Of a stretch of DNA of 64,000 nucleotides, positions 53,102 to 64,000 are shown one piece after another (positions within the stretch are counted from its first letter, which is position 1; each line of letters begins with the position of its first letter). This DNA comes from Sedimentisphaerales bacterium (GTDB taxonomy: Bacteria > Planctomycetota > Phycisphaerae > Sedimentisphaerales > Anaerobacaceae). The stretch covers positions 7,008,001-7,072,000 of the forward strand of contig OY970194.1 of the NCBI GenBank assembly GCA_963708075.1. Direction: 5' to 3'. The translations under genes and the position numbers were made by a program. A model generated the notes under the pieces. The model did not search any database. It saw nothing but the letters and a program-made list of their open reading frames with translations, and had not been told where the DNA came from.

Positions 53102-55021
53102 ATGAAGGTGAGAGTAATTCTTGCAGCAACGGTCTTGCTGATAGTCGCTGGCAGCAGTCTGGCCGCGGATTGGCCGCAATGGCAGGGGCCCAATCGAGAC
53201 GGTAAGTCCGCAGACACGGGCCTCCTCAAGCAGTGGCCTGAAAATAGTCCCCCACTTGCCTGGAAGATCGACAAACTCGGTGGCGGTGACGGCGGTCCGG
53301 CCATTGCCGCCGGACGAATCTTCGTCATGAGCAATCGCGGCGATAAGGAAGTCGTCTGGGCCCTGTCCGAGAAGGATGGAAGTGAAATCTGGGTAGCGCC
53401 CCTTGGGCCGGCCTTTCAGCAGCAGCCATCGCAGGGAAGAGAGGGGCCGGGATGCACACCGACGGTCGATGGCGAACGCCTCTATGTCGAGGGGTTGGGG
53501 GGCAATGTGGCTTGTCTGCAGGTCAAAGACGGCAAGATCGTCTGGCAGCGCAGCCTGACAGAGGACTTTGGAGGCCGCAGACCGATGTGGAGCTACCGCG
53601 AATCGCCGCTCGTTGATGGCGACAAAGTCGTCGTCACTCCCGGCGGGGCCGATGCGATCATGGTGGCCCTGAACAAGCTGACCGGAGAGACGGTCTGGAA
53701 GGCCAAGATGCCTGACAGCCCGGCCAGCGATTCCGGAGCACCGGGTGGCTTTGGCGGCGGTCGAGGGGGTGCCGGCGGACCCGGTGGTGGTCGAGGCGGT
53801 TCCGGCGGGGCCGGCGGTGGTTCGGCTACGGGGGTTACCGGAACCAAGGATCCTGGCTTGTTCTCGAGCGAGCATTTTTCGATGACCGCTTTCTCCTGCA
53901 AGATTCCCAACGGCAAGTATCTCGCGAAGCTCTACTTTGCGGAGACGTACCAAGGCATCACCGGCCCAGGTCAGCGCGTTTTTTCCTTCAATGTCCAGGG
54001 GCAGGATTTCAAGGACTTTGACGTTTGGGTGAAGGCCGGCGGGCCCAACCGCGCCTATATCGAAACTGTGCCCGTGGAAGTGACCAATGGAGAGTTCCGA
54101 ATTGTCTTCACGCCCAAGGTCGAAAACCCGGCGATTAAGGCGATTGAGATCATTCCGCAGACAGAGGGTGGTGCATCTGGCGCCACGACAGTCCGGATCA
54201 AGGCCGGTTCGGCTGTGACATTCACGGATTCCAGCGGCAATGTCTGGCAGCCGGATCAGGGATTCGAGGGAGGCATGACGAACCCGATGGCCGTTGGTTC
54301 AGGAGCCGGCGCCGGCGGCTTTGGCGGCGGTCGAGGGGGGCCCGGCGGTTTCGGAGGTCTCGGAGGCGGTGGAGCGGCCTATGCCTCGCCTATCGCCATC
54401 GACTTTGATGGGCAGCGTCAGTACGTGCAAATGACTGCAAGGGCACTGATCGGAGTCGCGGCATCGGACGGCAAGTTCCTCTGGCGATATGACAAACCCG
54501 CCAACCGCATGGGTCTCAACTGTTCGACGGCGCTGTACCACGATGGGATGGTGTTCGCCTCCTCCGCTTATGGCGCAGGTGCTGGATTGGTCAAACTGAG
54601 CAAGGATGCGAATGGCGCTGTCCAGGCCGAGGAAGTCTATGCCACCACGGACATGCAGAACCACCACGGCGGCATGATCCTTTTCGATGGTTGCCTCTAC
54701 GGCGCCAGCGGCGGCAATGAGGGCGGCGCCCTCGTCTGTCTCGACTTCAAGACAGGCAAGGTTCTGTGGGACCAACGAGCCACCGTTGGTCGTCGCGCGA
54801 AAGGTTCGCTGGCCCTGGCCGACGGCATGCTCTACTATCGAATGGAGGATGGCACTATGTGCCTGATCGAGCCGAACCCGAAGCAATACACCGAACGCGG
54901 TCGCTTCCAACAGCCCGACCGCACCCGCCTACCGGCCTGGGCACACCCGGTCATCGCCAACGGAAAACTGTACATCCGAGATCAGAACGTATTGTTCTGT
55001 TACGACGTCAAGGCGAAGTGA
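53102..55021 (+). CDS. Secreted PQQ-like beta-propeller with inserted malectin domain
   Basis: [28 protein letters not shown]; internal [22 protein letters not shown]. Confidence 0.9.
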   Translation: MKVRVILAATVLLIVAGSSLAADWPQWQGPNRDGKSADTGLLKQWPENSPPLAWKIDKLGGGDGGPAIAAGRIFVMSNRGDKEVVWALSEKDGSEIWVAPLGPAFQQQPSQGREGPGCTPTVDGERLYVEGLGGNVACLQVKDGKIVWQRSLTEDFGGRRPMWSYRESPLVDGDKVVVTPGGADAIMVALNKLTGETVWKAKMPDSPASDSGAPGGFGGGRGGAGGPGGGRGGSGGAGGGSATGVTGTKDPGLFSSEHFSMTAFSCKIPNGKYLAKLYFAETYQGITGPGQRVFSFNVQGQDFKDFDVWVKAGGPNRAYIETVPVEVTNGEFRIVFTPKVENPAIKAIEIIPQTEGGASGATTVRIKAGSAVTFTDSSGNVWQPDQGFEGGMTNPMAVGSGAGAGGFGGGRGGPGGFGGLGGGGAAYASPIAIDFDGQRQYVQMTARALIGVAASDGKFLWRYDKPANRMGLNCSTALYHDGMVFASSAYGAGAGLVKLSKDANGAVQAEEVYATTDMQNHHGGMILFDGCLYGASGGNEGGALVCLDFKTGKVLWDQRATVGRRAKGSLALADGMLYYRMEDGTMCLIEPNPKQYTERGRFQQPDRTRLPAWAHPVIANGKLYIRDQNVLFCYDVKAK

Positions 55022-55074
55022 AACTTCGTCGGTCAATTACCATGGTCATGTCCGGTGTGAATTTCCCTCCTTCA

Positions 55075-55167
55075 AAGGGACTGCCGGCGTGGTCGTCTTC
55101 CGCTCCGTACAATCGGAAGCGCCGCGTCGGCACACCTTCTGAGTGTGTTGGGAGCAAGCACGGCGCG
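55075..55167 (+). repeat. Structured intergenic repeat, copy 3
   Basis: Aligns with copies 1 and 2. Confidence 0.9.
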
Positions 55168-55195
55168 TCAATGAGCCGTCGAAAGGAGGAATGGG

Positions 55196-56413
55196 ATGCT
55201 ACGTTATGTTGTCTGCTTGAGTGTGCTGACGGTCTGTAGTGCAGCCGTTAGGGCGTCAGAGGTTGTCGCCAACATTGCGATTGAGAATGCTTCCTTTGAG
55301 GCCCCAGCGATCGATCCGAACGCCTTTCCGGCCTGGCCTGCCATTGACGGTTGGCTCGAGCTGGACCTTGATGCGGGATCTCAGAATACGGGTGTCTTCG
55401 CCAATACGGCGGCAGGTAGTGCGGACCACATAGCGAATGCCGAGGGCAAGCAACTGGCCTTTCTGGGATCGCAGAGGGGCAACGCCTTGGAGCAGGACTT
55501 GGCAGTGGTCTACCGTGTCGGCTGTGAATACCGGCTAGCCGTGGCGGTCGGTGTCTCCGCGCGGTTCCCGCCCTCGGGTATCAAGCCGGTGGATACGATC
55601 GATCTGGTCCTCTATTACCTCGATGTCAACGAACCCGTGGACATCGTGCGTCTGACGATTGGGGCGAAGGGACAGTCCTCAACCCAATTGCAGGACTACA
55701 AGGTGGTGCTGGCGACCGTGCGGCCCAGCGACGCTTGGGCGGACAAGACCATCGGCGTGGCGATCCGGGCCACGGGGGCCGCCGGCGGGTTCTGGGATCT
55801 GGATAACGTCCGGCTGATCGAATTGATGCCCGAATTGGACGTGGTTGCGAACCCCTCCTTTGAGTCTCCGGCTGTCGACCTGACCGGTTTTCCGGTTCTG
55901 TCCTACGTGGATGGCTGGAGGGAGCTCGATCTGGACACCCTGGGCAGCACGAATACCGGCATTTTCGCCAATACCCCGGCGGACAGTTGGGACCACATGG
56001 CTAATGCGGATGGGACCCAACTGGCGTTCCTGGCCTCGGCCACAGGCGATGGCTTGGAGCAGGATTTGGCGGCGGTGTACCGGGAAGGTCGCAGTTATCG
56101 GCTGACGGCGGCGGTCGGCACATCAAGCCGATACCCGCCCTCGGCAGAACTGCCGGCGGACACGCTCGTATTGGCCTTCTACTACTTGGATGACAATGTC
56201 GCCGTGGATATCGTGTCGCAAACGATCGAGCCGGCTGGTCTGTCCTCAAGGCGGTTGCAGGATTTCTCGGTGTACCTGCCGCCGGTGAAGGCTAGCGACG
56301 TCTGGGCCGGAAAGCCCATCGGTATCGCCTTGCGCTCGGCTGGTGAAGCGGGCGGATTCTGGGATCTGGACAACGTCCGCTTGGCCGAATCGTTACCGAT
56401 GGTCCAGAAGTAG
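55196..56413 (+). CDS. Secreted protein of two tandem ~180-aa jelly-roll/CBM-like repeats
   Basis: Signal peptide; two copies of N.SFE.P..DGW.ELDLD..LEQDL..AGGFWDLDNVRL. Confidence 0.8.
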   Translation: MLRYVVCLSVLTVCSAAVRASEVVANIAIENASFEAPAIDPNAFPAWPAIDGWLELDLDAGSQNTGVFANTAAGSADHIANAEGKQLAFLGSQRGNALEQDLAVVYRVGCEYRLAVAVGVSARFPPSGIKPVDTIDLVLYYLDVNEPVDIVRLTIGAKGQSSTQLQDYKVVLATVRPSDAWADKTIGVAIRATGAAGGFWDLDNVRLIELMPELDVVANPSFESPAVDLTGFPVLSYVDGWRELDLDTLGSTNTGIFANTPADSWDHMANADGTQLAFLASATGDGLEQDLAAVYREGRSYRLTAAVGTSSRYPPSAELPADTLVLAFYYLDDNVAVDIVSQTIEPAGLSSRRLQDFSVYLPPVKASDVWAGKPIGIALRSAGEAGGFWDLDNVRLAESLPMVQK

Positions 56414-56442
56414 ACGCCCTGACTGATTTGTGATGCGGATCA

Positions 56443-57222
56443 ATGAATCGACAAGCGACACGTGAGGCCCGAACTGCCAAGGGCGGCTTTAGCCTGATCG
56501 AGCTGCTGGTGGTGATTGCCATCCTGGCCCTGCTGCTGGCAATCCTCTCGCCCGCCCTGACCGAAACGCGGCACCGGGCCCGCCGGATCGCCTGCGCCGC
56601 GAACCTCCGCCAAGTGGGCGCGGCGATTCATCTTTACGCCCACGACTTTGACGACTCAATTCCGTTCGGGCCGGTGGGCCGACCGGTCACGGGCTCCAAT
56701 TTCTACACAGTCACTGGAGACGTCACCAGCCTGCTGTCGCTCGAAGACGGCGCCACGGTCGGATTGGGACTGCTGCTGAAGGACTACCTGTTTCGTCAGC
56801 CGCTGGTGTTGTTCTGCCCCGGCGCCGATCAACCGTCGGAAGCCAAGGAGCAACTGGCCCGGGTGGGGTCCGCGCAGGCCCAGAGTGACTACTACTATCG
56901 TCATGCCTCCGTGGCTCTGCTGACGGGCAAGCCACAGAGCTTCCACGTTCGCCTGAGCAATCTGGGCCATAACAGCAAAGACCAACCGATCGGCGCGTTG
57001 GTGGCCGATGTGCAGTTCCTCGCGCACTCCTCATTGGCGGCTTTTCAGGTGATGACGCGAACGAGCCATCAGCGGGAGGCCAGCAACGTCCTCTTCGCCG
57101 CTGGCAACGTGTCTACCCTCCCCAATCACGACGACGCCTTCACGGTGGACATTGGGACTGCGCCCTACGATGCCCTCGAACGGATCCTTGCCATGTTCGA
57201 GCACGCGGACGAACACCGTTGA
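56443..57222 (+). CDS. Prepilin-type N-terminal cleavage/methylation domain protein
   Basis: GFSLIELLVVIAILALLLAILSPAL..CAANLRQ; LFCPG; SH..SNVLFAAGNV. Confidence 0.92.
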   Translation: MNRQATREARTAKGGFSLIELLVVIAILALLLAILSPALTETRHRARRIACAANLRQVGAAIHLYAHDFDDSIPFGPVGRPVTGSNFYTVTGDVTSLLSLEDGATVGLGLLLKDYLFRQPLVLFCPGADQPSEAKEQLARVGSAQAQSDYYYRHASVALLTGKPQSFHVRLSNLGHNSKDQPIGALVADVQFLAHSSLAAFQVMTRTSHQREASNVLFAAGNVSTLPNHDDAFTVDIGTAPYDALERILAMFEHADEHR

Positions 57223-57581
57223 CAGGAATTCTCATGCGAGACAACCACACCGATCGCCAAGAACCATCAAGTAGATGCGATGGAGAAGTGTCGTGCCATT
57301 TTGCGTGACCGTCTGCCGCATCGTATGTCTCCTCAGTCATCCGGAAAAGGCAGAAGAGATCGGCATGGCTCGTTGTGACATCATGTCTCCAAGATGTCTC
57401 CACCCGTACCAGTTGCAGCGAAGAGCGGCATATTCGCACCCCCTGGCAAGCGCAAAAAACGCGGCTTTCACGATTTATCGGGCCGGGCATCGGACTGGTT
57501 GCACTATGCGCCTTGTCGAGTCCGGGTTGGAGCCACGCTCAGGGTCACTGATCCGGTGGAGACTATGGCAGTCGTGCCGGC

Positions 57582-57968
57582 TCAGAAGGGGATGTTATCA
57601 TCGATAGCCTCTTGCGGGTTGGTTGGAGGGGGTGGTTGGATGGGACTGCCAGGGTGTGCCGCTGCTTCTTGCTGATGCCGGTGTTTCTTCTGCTGTGCCT
57701 GCTTACGTGCCCTGTCCGCCACCATCTGCTCAATGGAACGGACGTTGTCCGGCCGCTCCTTCCTGAAATGTTTGAGATACGACTCCTCAATATACTGCGG
57801 CAGGGGGACCTTCCAGGGTTCCTGCTGGTGATTGGCCATGCCTCCGAGCTTCTTTGGGTTCATCCCGAGTTCCCGTGCCATCTGAACCTGGACATGGGAA
57901 AGGTGAAACCGCTTTCGGGCATCGATCCAAGCCTGGAGTTTGGGAGGCAGCTTCTTCTGATTGGCCAC
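57582..57968 (-). CDS. Hypothetical protein
   Basis: Protein-like 128-aa ORF (WIDARKRFHLSH..MARELGMNPKKLG..QEPWK.PL), co-oriented with the HTH gene. Confidence 0.7.
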   Translation of the reverse strand: MANQKKLPPKLQAWIDARKRFHLSHVQVQMARELGMNPKKLGGMANHQQEPWKVPLPQYIEESYLKHFRKERPDNVRSIEQMVADRARKQAQQKKHRHQQEAAAHPGSPIQPPPPTNPQEAIDDNIPF

Positions 57969-57995
57969 AATGGCACACTGTACACGAGTGGCGGT

Positions 57996-58452
57996 CTACT
58001 TCGACTTCTTCCGGCTCCCACCGGCCAGTTGTTCCAGCCGGGCCAGGGTCTCTCTATTGCCCAGAGGGCGAAGTGCGGCGATCCGTGCCACTTGCTGCTT
58101 GCGCGGTCGAGAGGTCTCTTGTTCCCAACTGTAGATGGTCTGGCCGGTGACACCGATGAGTCTGCCGTAGTTCGCTGCGGAGAGCCCCAGACGCTGGCGC
58201 TGGGAGCGCAGACCCTTGGCGGTGAAGCGTACGTGTTCTCCATTGGCTTCGGCCGGCTGCGAGGAAACACCTCTGAGCACCTGCTTCTGGAGAGGGGTGA
58301 CTTCACGTTGCAGGTCGGACTTCCGGCGTTTCATTTCCGCAATTTCCTTGCGATGCTGGGCGGACATCTTCTTGAGAATGCTTATTTGTTTGCGGATCTC
58401 CTTGCGCAAGGCGTTGTATCTCCTCTTTGAGCACTGCAGCGATGTTCGGCAT
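57996..58452 (-). CDS. XRE-family HTH regulator with N-terminal coiled coil; indel near 58410
   Basis: MPNIAAVLKEEIQRL joins RKEIRKQ across a frameshift; LGLSAANYGRLIGVTGQTIYSWEQ. Confidence 0.82.
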
Positions 58453-58707
58453 GTCTTTCTCCTGTCGGCTCCTATTGGGCACTCCGTCGCACTGACACGG
58501 CGGAGTGTACGCGGGACATGATAACACGGAGAGGCGTCGTGTGGGAACTATGAATCTGACCCGGAGACCTGTGATGCACAAGGTGTGTCTGTCAGATCTC
58601 TGGGGTCATGGTACCAAAGACATGGGTGAAACGGAGTGGACCGACGAACTGGAGGGGCCTTGGCGAAGACAGACGCTCGCTGCCTACATGACTGCCTATT
58701 CCTCATA

Positions 58708-58821
58708 GAGCAACGGTTGCTGGAACACTCAAGTCCACAGCTCACGAATGACGTATACACAAATGTGGATCCGGTGCTACGGCAGGCGGTCGATCTGTTG
58801 CCTGTCGCAGATTGGGTATGA
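58708..58821 (+). pseudogene. C-terminal remnant of a paralogous tyrosine integrase
   Basis: QRLLEHSSPQLTNDVYTNVDPVLRQAVDLLPVADWV nearly identical to the protein end encoded at 31852-31960. Confidence 0.9.
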
Positions 58822-59216
58822 GAAGAATCCCGTCATATGGGAGCCCCAAGCAGGTGCGATTTGCTCCTCTAAACACCGACGACCCGAGCGTCGCTCCGGC
58901 CCAGGGATAGAGACGACGTAGCAGCGATACTGCCACGTCTCCTCTTCACTCCCGCCTCTGGCCCAAAGCGATAAACATCAAGACGGGAGAACTGAATAGG
59001 CGACTTCGTCGGCAAGGCCTGTCAGGACCTGACCGATACGTTGCGTCCCGCGGACTTTGACTTCTTTGAATACCAGGAAAGAGACTATCACCCCAGTCCA
59101 TTCAGCGCCTCATCCTGGTGACTCTCCGCTTTGTGCATCATACGGTGAAGAATCTTGTCGGCATCCCATTTTCCATCTCACAGGCGGCACTTTGGAGCGG
59201 TATTACTTGTGTATGA

Positions 59217-60224
<1,008 letters not shown>

Positions 60225-60233
60225 GAGGTAAAC

Positions 60234-63200
60234 ATGAAGACGAGAATCAGTCTTGTGATCATGCTCGCACTGGCGCTCACGCTGCCTGTCGCCACGTTGA
60301 TGATGGCCGCACAGGCCGGGGCGGGACGCAATGTTGCTCCGCCCAGGCCGGAAGGCCCATGTGACATCTACGCCGCCGCCGGCGCCCCCTGCGTGGCCGC
60401 CCACAGCACCACGCGCGCGCTGTACGCCTCCTACAACGGCCCGCTCTACCAGGTCCTGCGCCAGTCGGACGGCAAGACCTTGGACATCGGCGTCGTCCAG
60501 CCCTCCGCGGGCGGATGCGGGCGGATACGCCGACGCGGCCGCGCAGGACGCCTTCTGCGCCAACACGTACTGCTGGATCACCACCCTCTACGACCAGTCC
60601 GGCAAGGACAACCACCTCGTCCAGGCGCCCCGCGGCGGATTCAGCGGCCCGGCCATGGGTGGGTTCAACAACCTCCCGCTCGCCGACATGGCGCCGATCA
60701 CGATCATGGGCCACAAGGCCTACGGCGTCTTCATCGAGCCGGGCATGGGCCTCCGCTGGAACGACGCGAAGGGCACCGCCGTCGACGACCAGGCCGAGGG
60801 GCAGTACTGGGTCATCAACGGCCATCACTACAACTCCGGCTGCTGCTTCGACTACGGCAACGCCGAGACCGACAGCCGCGACGACGGCAACGGCACCATG
60901 GAAACCACCTACTACGGCAACGCCACCGCCTGGTATCGCGGGCAGCGCCCCCGGCCCGTGGATCATGACCGACCAGGAGAACAACCTGGTGGGTTGCGTC
61001 AACGAGTCCCGAACGGATCCAAGTTCTGCCCAGACCTGCCGATCATCACCTGGCGATTCGTGACCGCCACGGCCGACGGCGAACCGCACCACTGGAGATC
61101 CATGGGCGGCGACGCGCAGAAGGGCGACCTGAAGATCATGTTCGACGGACCGCGCGTCAACCACACCTACGACCCGATGCGCAAGCAGGGCGCCATCCTC
61201 CTGGGCAACGGCGGCGACAACAGCAACGGCTCGCAGGGCACCTTCTATGAAGGCGCGATGACGGCCCCAGACACCTTCCCGACGCAGGAGACCAACCAGA
61301 AGGTGCAGGCCAACGTCGTGGCCGCCAGGTACGACGTGCCGCGGCTGAGCCTCGCGCCGGCGTCGGCAACCGCCACGCCGCCGGGACTCCAGACGTTCTC
61401 GCCGGGCTCCTCGCAGGACACCACCGTGACGTTCACGAATACCACGGGGGCGCCCGCGACGGGCGTCAAGTTGAGCATCTCCGTGCCCGCGGGGTGGACC
61501 TCCGTGGTCTCCGGCGCCACCGAGACGTCGAAGACGTTCGCCGACCCGGTCGCGCCGGGCGCGACCGTGAGCGCGACCTTCAAGGTCACCTCGGGGCCGG
61601 CGGCCTTCAACGGCGACCTGGTCGGCAACGCCTCGTGGACGAACGCGAACGGCCGGACGCAATCCGAGACGACGGCCGAGAAGGTGCGGAACGTCAGCCC
61701 GATCAAGATCAACGAGTTCCGCATCAGCGCCGGTTCTCCCGCCAACTCGACGGACTCGTTCATCGAGCTCTACAACGCCGGCGCCAGCGCCGTCGACATC
61801 TCCAACTGGACTCTGACCCAGCACCCGACCCAGCAGCCCATCTTCTCGTCGGTGAAGATCCCGGCCGGGACGAAGCTCGCGGCGAAGGGCTTCTACCTGC
61901 TCGGCCTCTCCAACTCCGGGCTGGCGGTCCCCGCGCAAAAGGGCGATACCACCATCTACGTCCGGAGCACGACCGGCATGAACGTCGGCGATACGATCGA
62001 AATCGACACCGGCTCCGCCGTGGAAACCCGCAAGATCGCCAGCCTCGGGACGGCGGCCGGCAACACCACGACGCTGTGGCAACCCCTCCCCGACGGTCCG
62101 GTGATCACGATCCCCGCCGGCTCGACCAACGTGCCTGTCACGAGCGTGGCCGGCTTCGAGGTCGGCCAGAAGATCGGCCATCGGCTATGGCGCCACCTAC
62201 CCCGCCGTCGCGAAGACCGTGGAGAAGTACGAGGTGGTCACGGTCACCGCGGTCGGCAAGCCGGGCACGCAAGCCTGGCTGTCGGCGGACGCGAAAGCCG
62301 GCGACACCAACATCAAGGTATCATCCGTCGCCAACATCTCGGTCGGCGACAAGATCCGATTGGACATCGACAGCGTCGGCCACGGGATCGAGACCGTCAC
62401 GGTCACGAAAGTCGGCACGCAGTCGGTTCGCAACACCTTCAACGGTCCCTTAAGGGCCGATGAGGATCCGGGCACGGGCCTCGACCTGGCCGCACCGCTG
62501 AAGTTCAACCATGCGTCCAACATGCCCTTCAGCGTCCGGGGAACGGGGATCAGCTTCGAGCCGGCGACGGCCTTCGCCCACTCGAGCAACGAGCCCGTCC
62601 TGCCGCTCGGCACCGGCATCACGCTCGACAAGCCCCTGGCCAACGACCACGAGATCAACGCGGTGGTGCGCGACGCCGACGGTCACGACCGCGGGCTACC
62701 AGGGGACGCCGACGCCCAACCAGTGGTTCGGGGGCCCCGCCCTCGTCCGCCAGCGCCGGCAACATGGTGCTGCGTGACGCCGCCGGCCTGGTCGTCGACA
62801 GCCTCAACTACGGCGGCCTCGTCGACCCATGGGCCGCCGAGGGTTACCAGGCCGACCTCCGGAGCAGGGGAGAGTGGCTGCCGCGTGCCTGCGCCCGGCG
62901 CGGGCCGCGGCGGTTTCGGCGGGCCGGCCGGTCCGGCCGCCAGCACGCCCAATCGGAGCGCAGGCCGCTTCCCGGACGGCGCCGACACCGACAGCAACTG
63001 CCGCGATTTCCTGTTGCAGACCGCCACCACCCTGTCGGCCGCTTCGGCCGCCGGCGCGAACAATATCAAAGTCGCCAGCGTGGCGGACTTTGGCGCCGGC
63101 CAGACGATCATGATTGATACGGGCGCGAACCGCGAGACCGCCGTCATCGCGACGGTTGGCACGCCAGGCGCCACCACGGTGGGCACCGCCACCGACGCGG

Positions 63201-63536
63201 GCGCGACCGTTATCCCTGTCGCCAGCGCGGCAGGCTTTAGCGCCGGCCAGACCATCACCATCGACAGTGGCGCGAACCGGGAGACGGCGGTTGTCGCCTC
63301 CGTCACCGGCGGCAGAGGTCGGCTTTGGCGGCTCTGGCGGCAGAGGCGGCCCTGGCGGCGCCACGATCACCGTCGCCGCGCCGCTCACGATCGCGCACGC
63401 GGTCGGCGCACAGGTCTCCGGCACCGGCATCACCCTCACCGCCGCATTGACCAAGGCGCATGCCAGCGGGGCGCAGGTCGCCGGCAGCGTTCCCACGCCC
63501 GGTGCGCCCAACCAGTATCCCAGGAGACCTCAGTGA
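60234..63536 (+). CDS. Multidomain GH54 alpha-L-arabinofuranosidase B (plus NEW3-like and lamin-tail-like domains); multiple frameshifts
   Basis: GPCDIYAA..CVAAHSTTRALY, GCCFDYGNAE, GTMET, GAILLGNGGDNSN..TFYEG; later INEF..SFIELYN; pieces spread over three frames. Confidence 0.85.
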
Positions 63537-63689
63537 GGACGCTTGTGGAACTGAATTAGACGGCTGTCGCTCGAACCGTCCCGGACAACACAGATTAGGG
63601 CTCCGCGGCTCGATGGCGGGCCGCGGAGCCTTCTGTTTCCCCGCGAAGGTAATGCTCAAAAGGATCGAACTTTGGTTCCTTACAGAGAA

Positions 63690-64000
63690 ATGACTCGTCT
63701 TCGCCGGTCCTGGCCCTGGTGGCGCTGGGTCTTGACGGGTTTGAGCGCGCTGGCTCTGGCGTTGAGCGTCTACCTGAGCTGGCATTATCTGGCGGGCGGG
63801 TCGGTGATTGGCTGCGGCGGCGGAAGCTCGTGCGAACAGGTGCTCAGCAGCCGGTGGTCGGCGATAGGTGGGGTGTTGCCCGTCAGCGGTCTGGCGACGG
63901 GGGCGTATCTGGCGATGCTGGTAGCCAGTCTTTTCATTGGTCCGGCCACGGCGGCACCAGTCCGGCGGCTGGCCTGGGGCGCGATGCTGGTTCTGGTCGG
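63690..64000 (+). CDS. Vitamin K epoxide reductase family protein (3' partial)
   Basis: Hand translation: TM helix, YLSWH, CGGGSSCEQVLSSRWS..PVSGL. Confidence 0.82.
   Translation, partial: MTRLRRSWPWWRWVLTGLSALALALSVYLSWHYLAGGSVIGCGGGSSCEQVLSSRWSAIGGVLPVSGLATGAYLAMLVASLFIGPATAAPVRRLAWGAMLVLV

Noticed and set aside
57320..57402. Three ATGTCTCC octamers
   Set aside because: Irregular spacing and no associated gene; not CRISPR- or iteron-like.

Overview
The window has two halves. 1-30.4 kb is the core ribosomal and RNA-polymerase supercluster (rplA-rplJ-rplL-rpoB-rpoC-rpsL-rpsG-fusA, S10, spc, secY-adk-map-infA-rpmJ, alpha operon), followed by a HIT gene and an initiator tRNA-Met. Gene content (TIGR02999-type ECF sigma plus Ser/Thr kinase, prepilin-like proteins, PQQ-like propellers, no tuf after fusA, no rpmD) suggests Planctomycetota, probably Phycisphaerae; this is inference. 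30.4-64 kb is an accessory island starting at the tRNA: broken tyrosine integrases, the ECF/kinase pair, many secreted proteins, a lower-GC hydrolase block interrupted by an IS630 element, then CE6 esterase, GH54 arabinofuranosidase and VKOR genes. Small indels in essential genes (rpoB, rpoC, rplO) point to sequencing error, so frameshifts elsewhere are ambiguous. Top leads: (1) uL22 with an N-terminal XRE/Cro-like HTH domain, in an operon with a ~410-nt structured leader; (2) a ~90-nt structured intergenic element in three copies with covarying base pairs, sitting at gene junctions; (3) a circularly permuted malectin domain inserted into a beta-propeller between 23-bp direct repeats; (4) initiator tRNA with C33 instead of U33. 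No database searches were run; all calls are by motif recognition.
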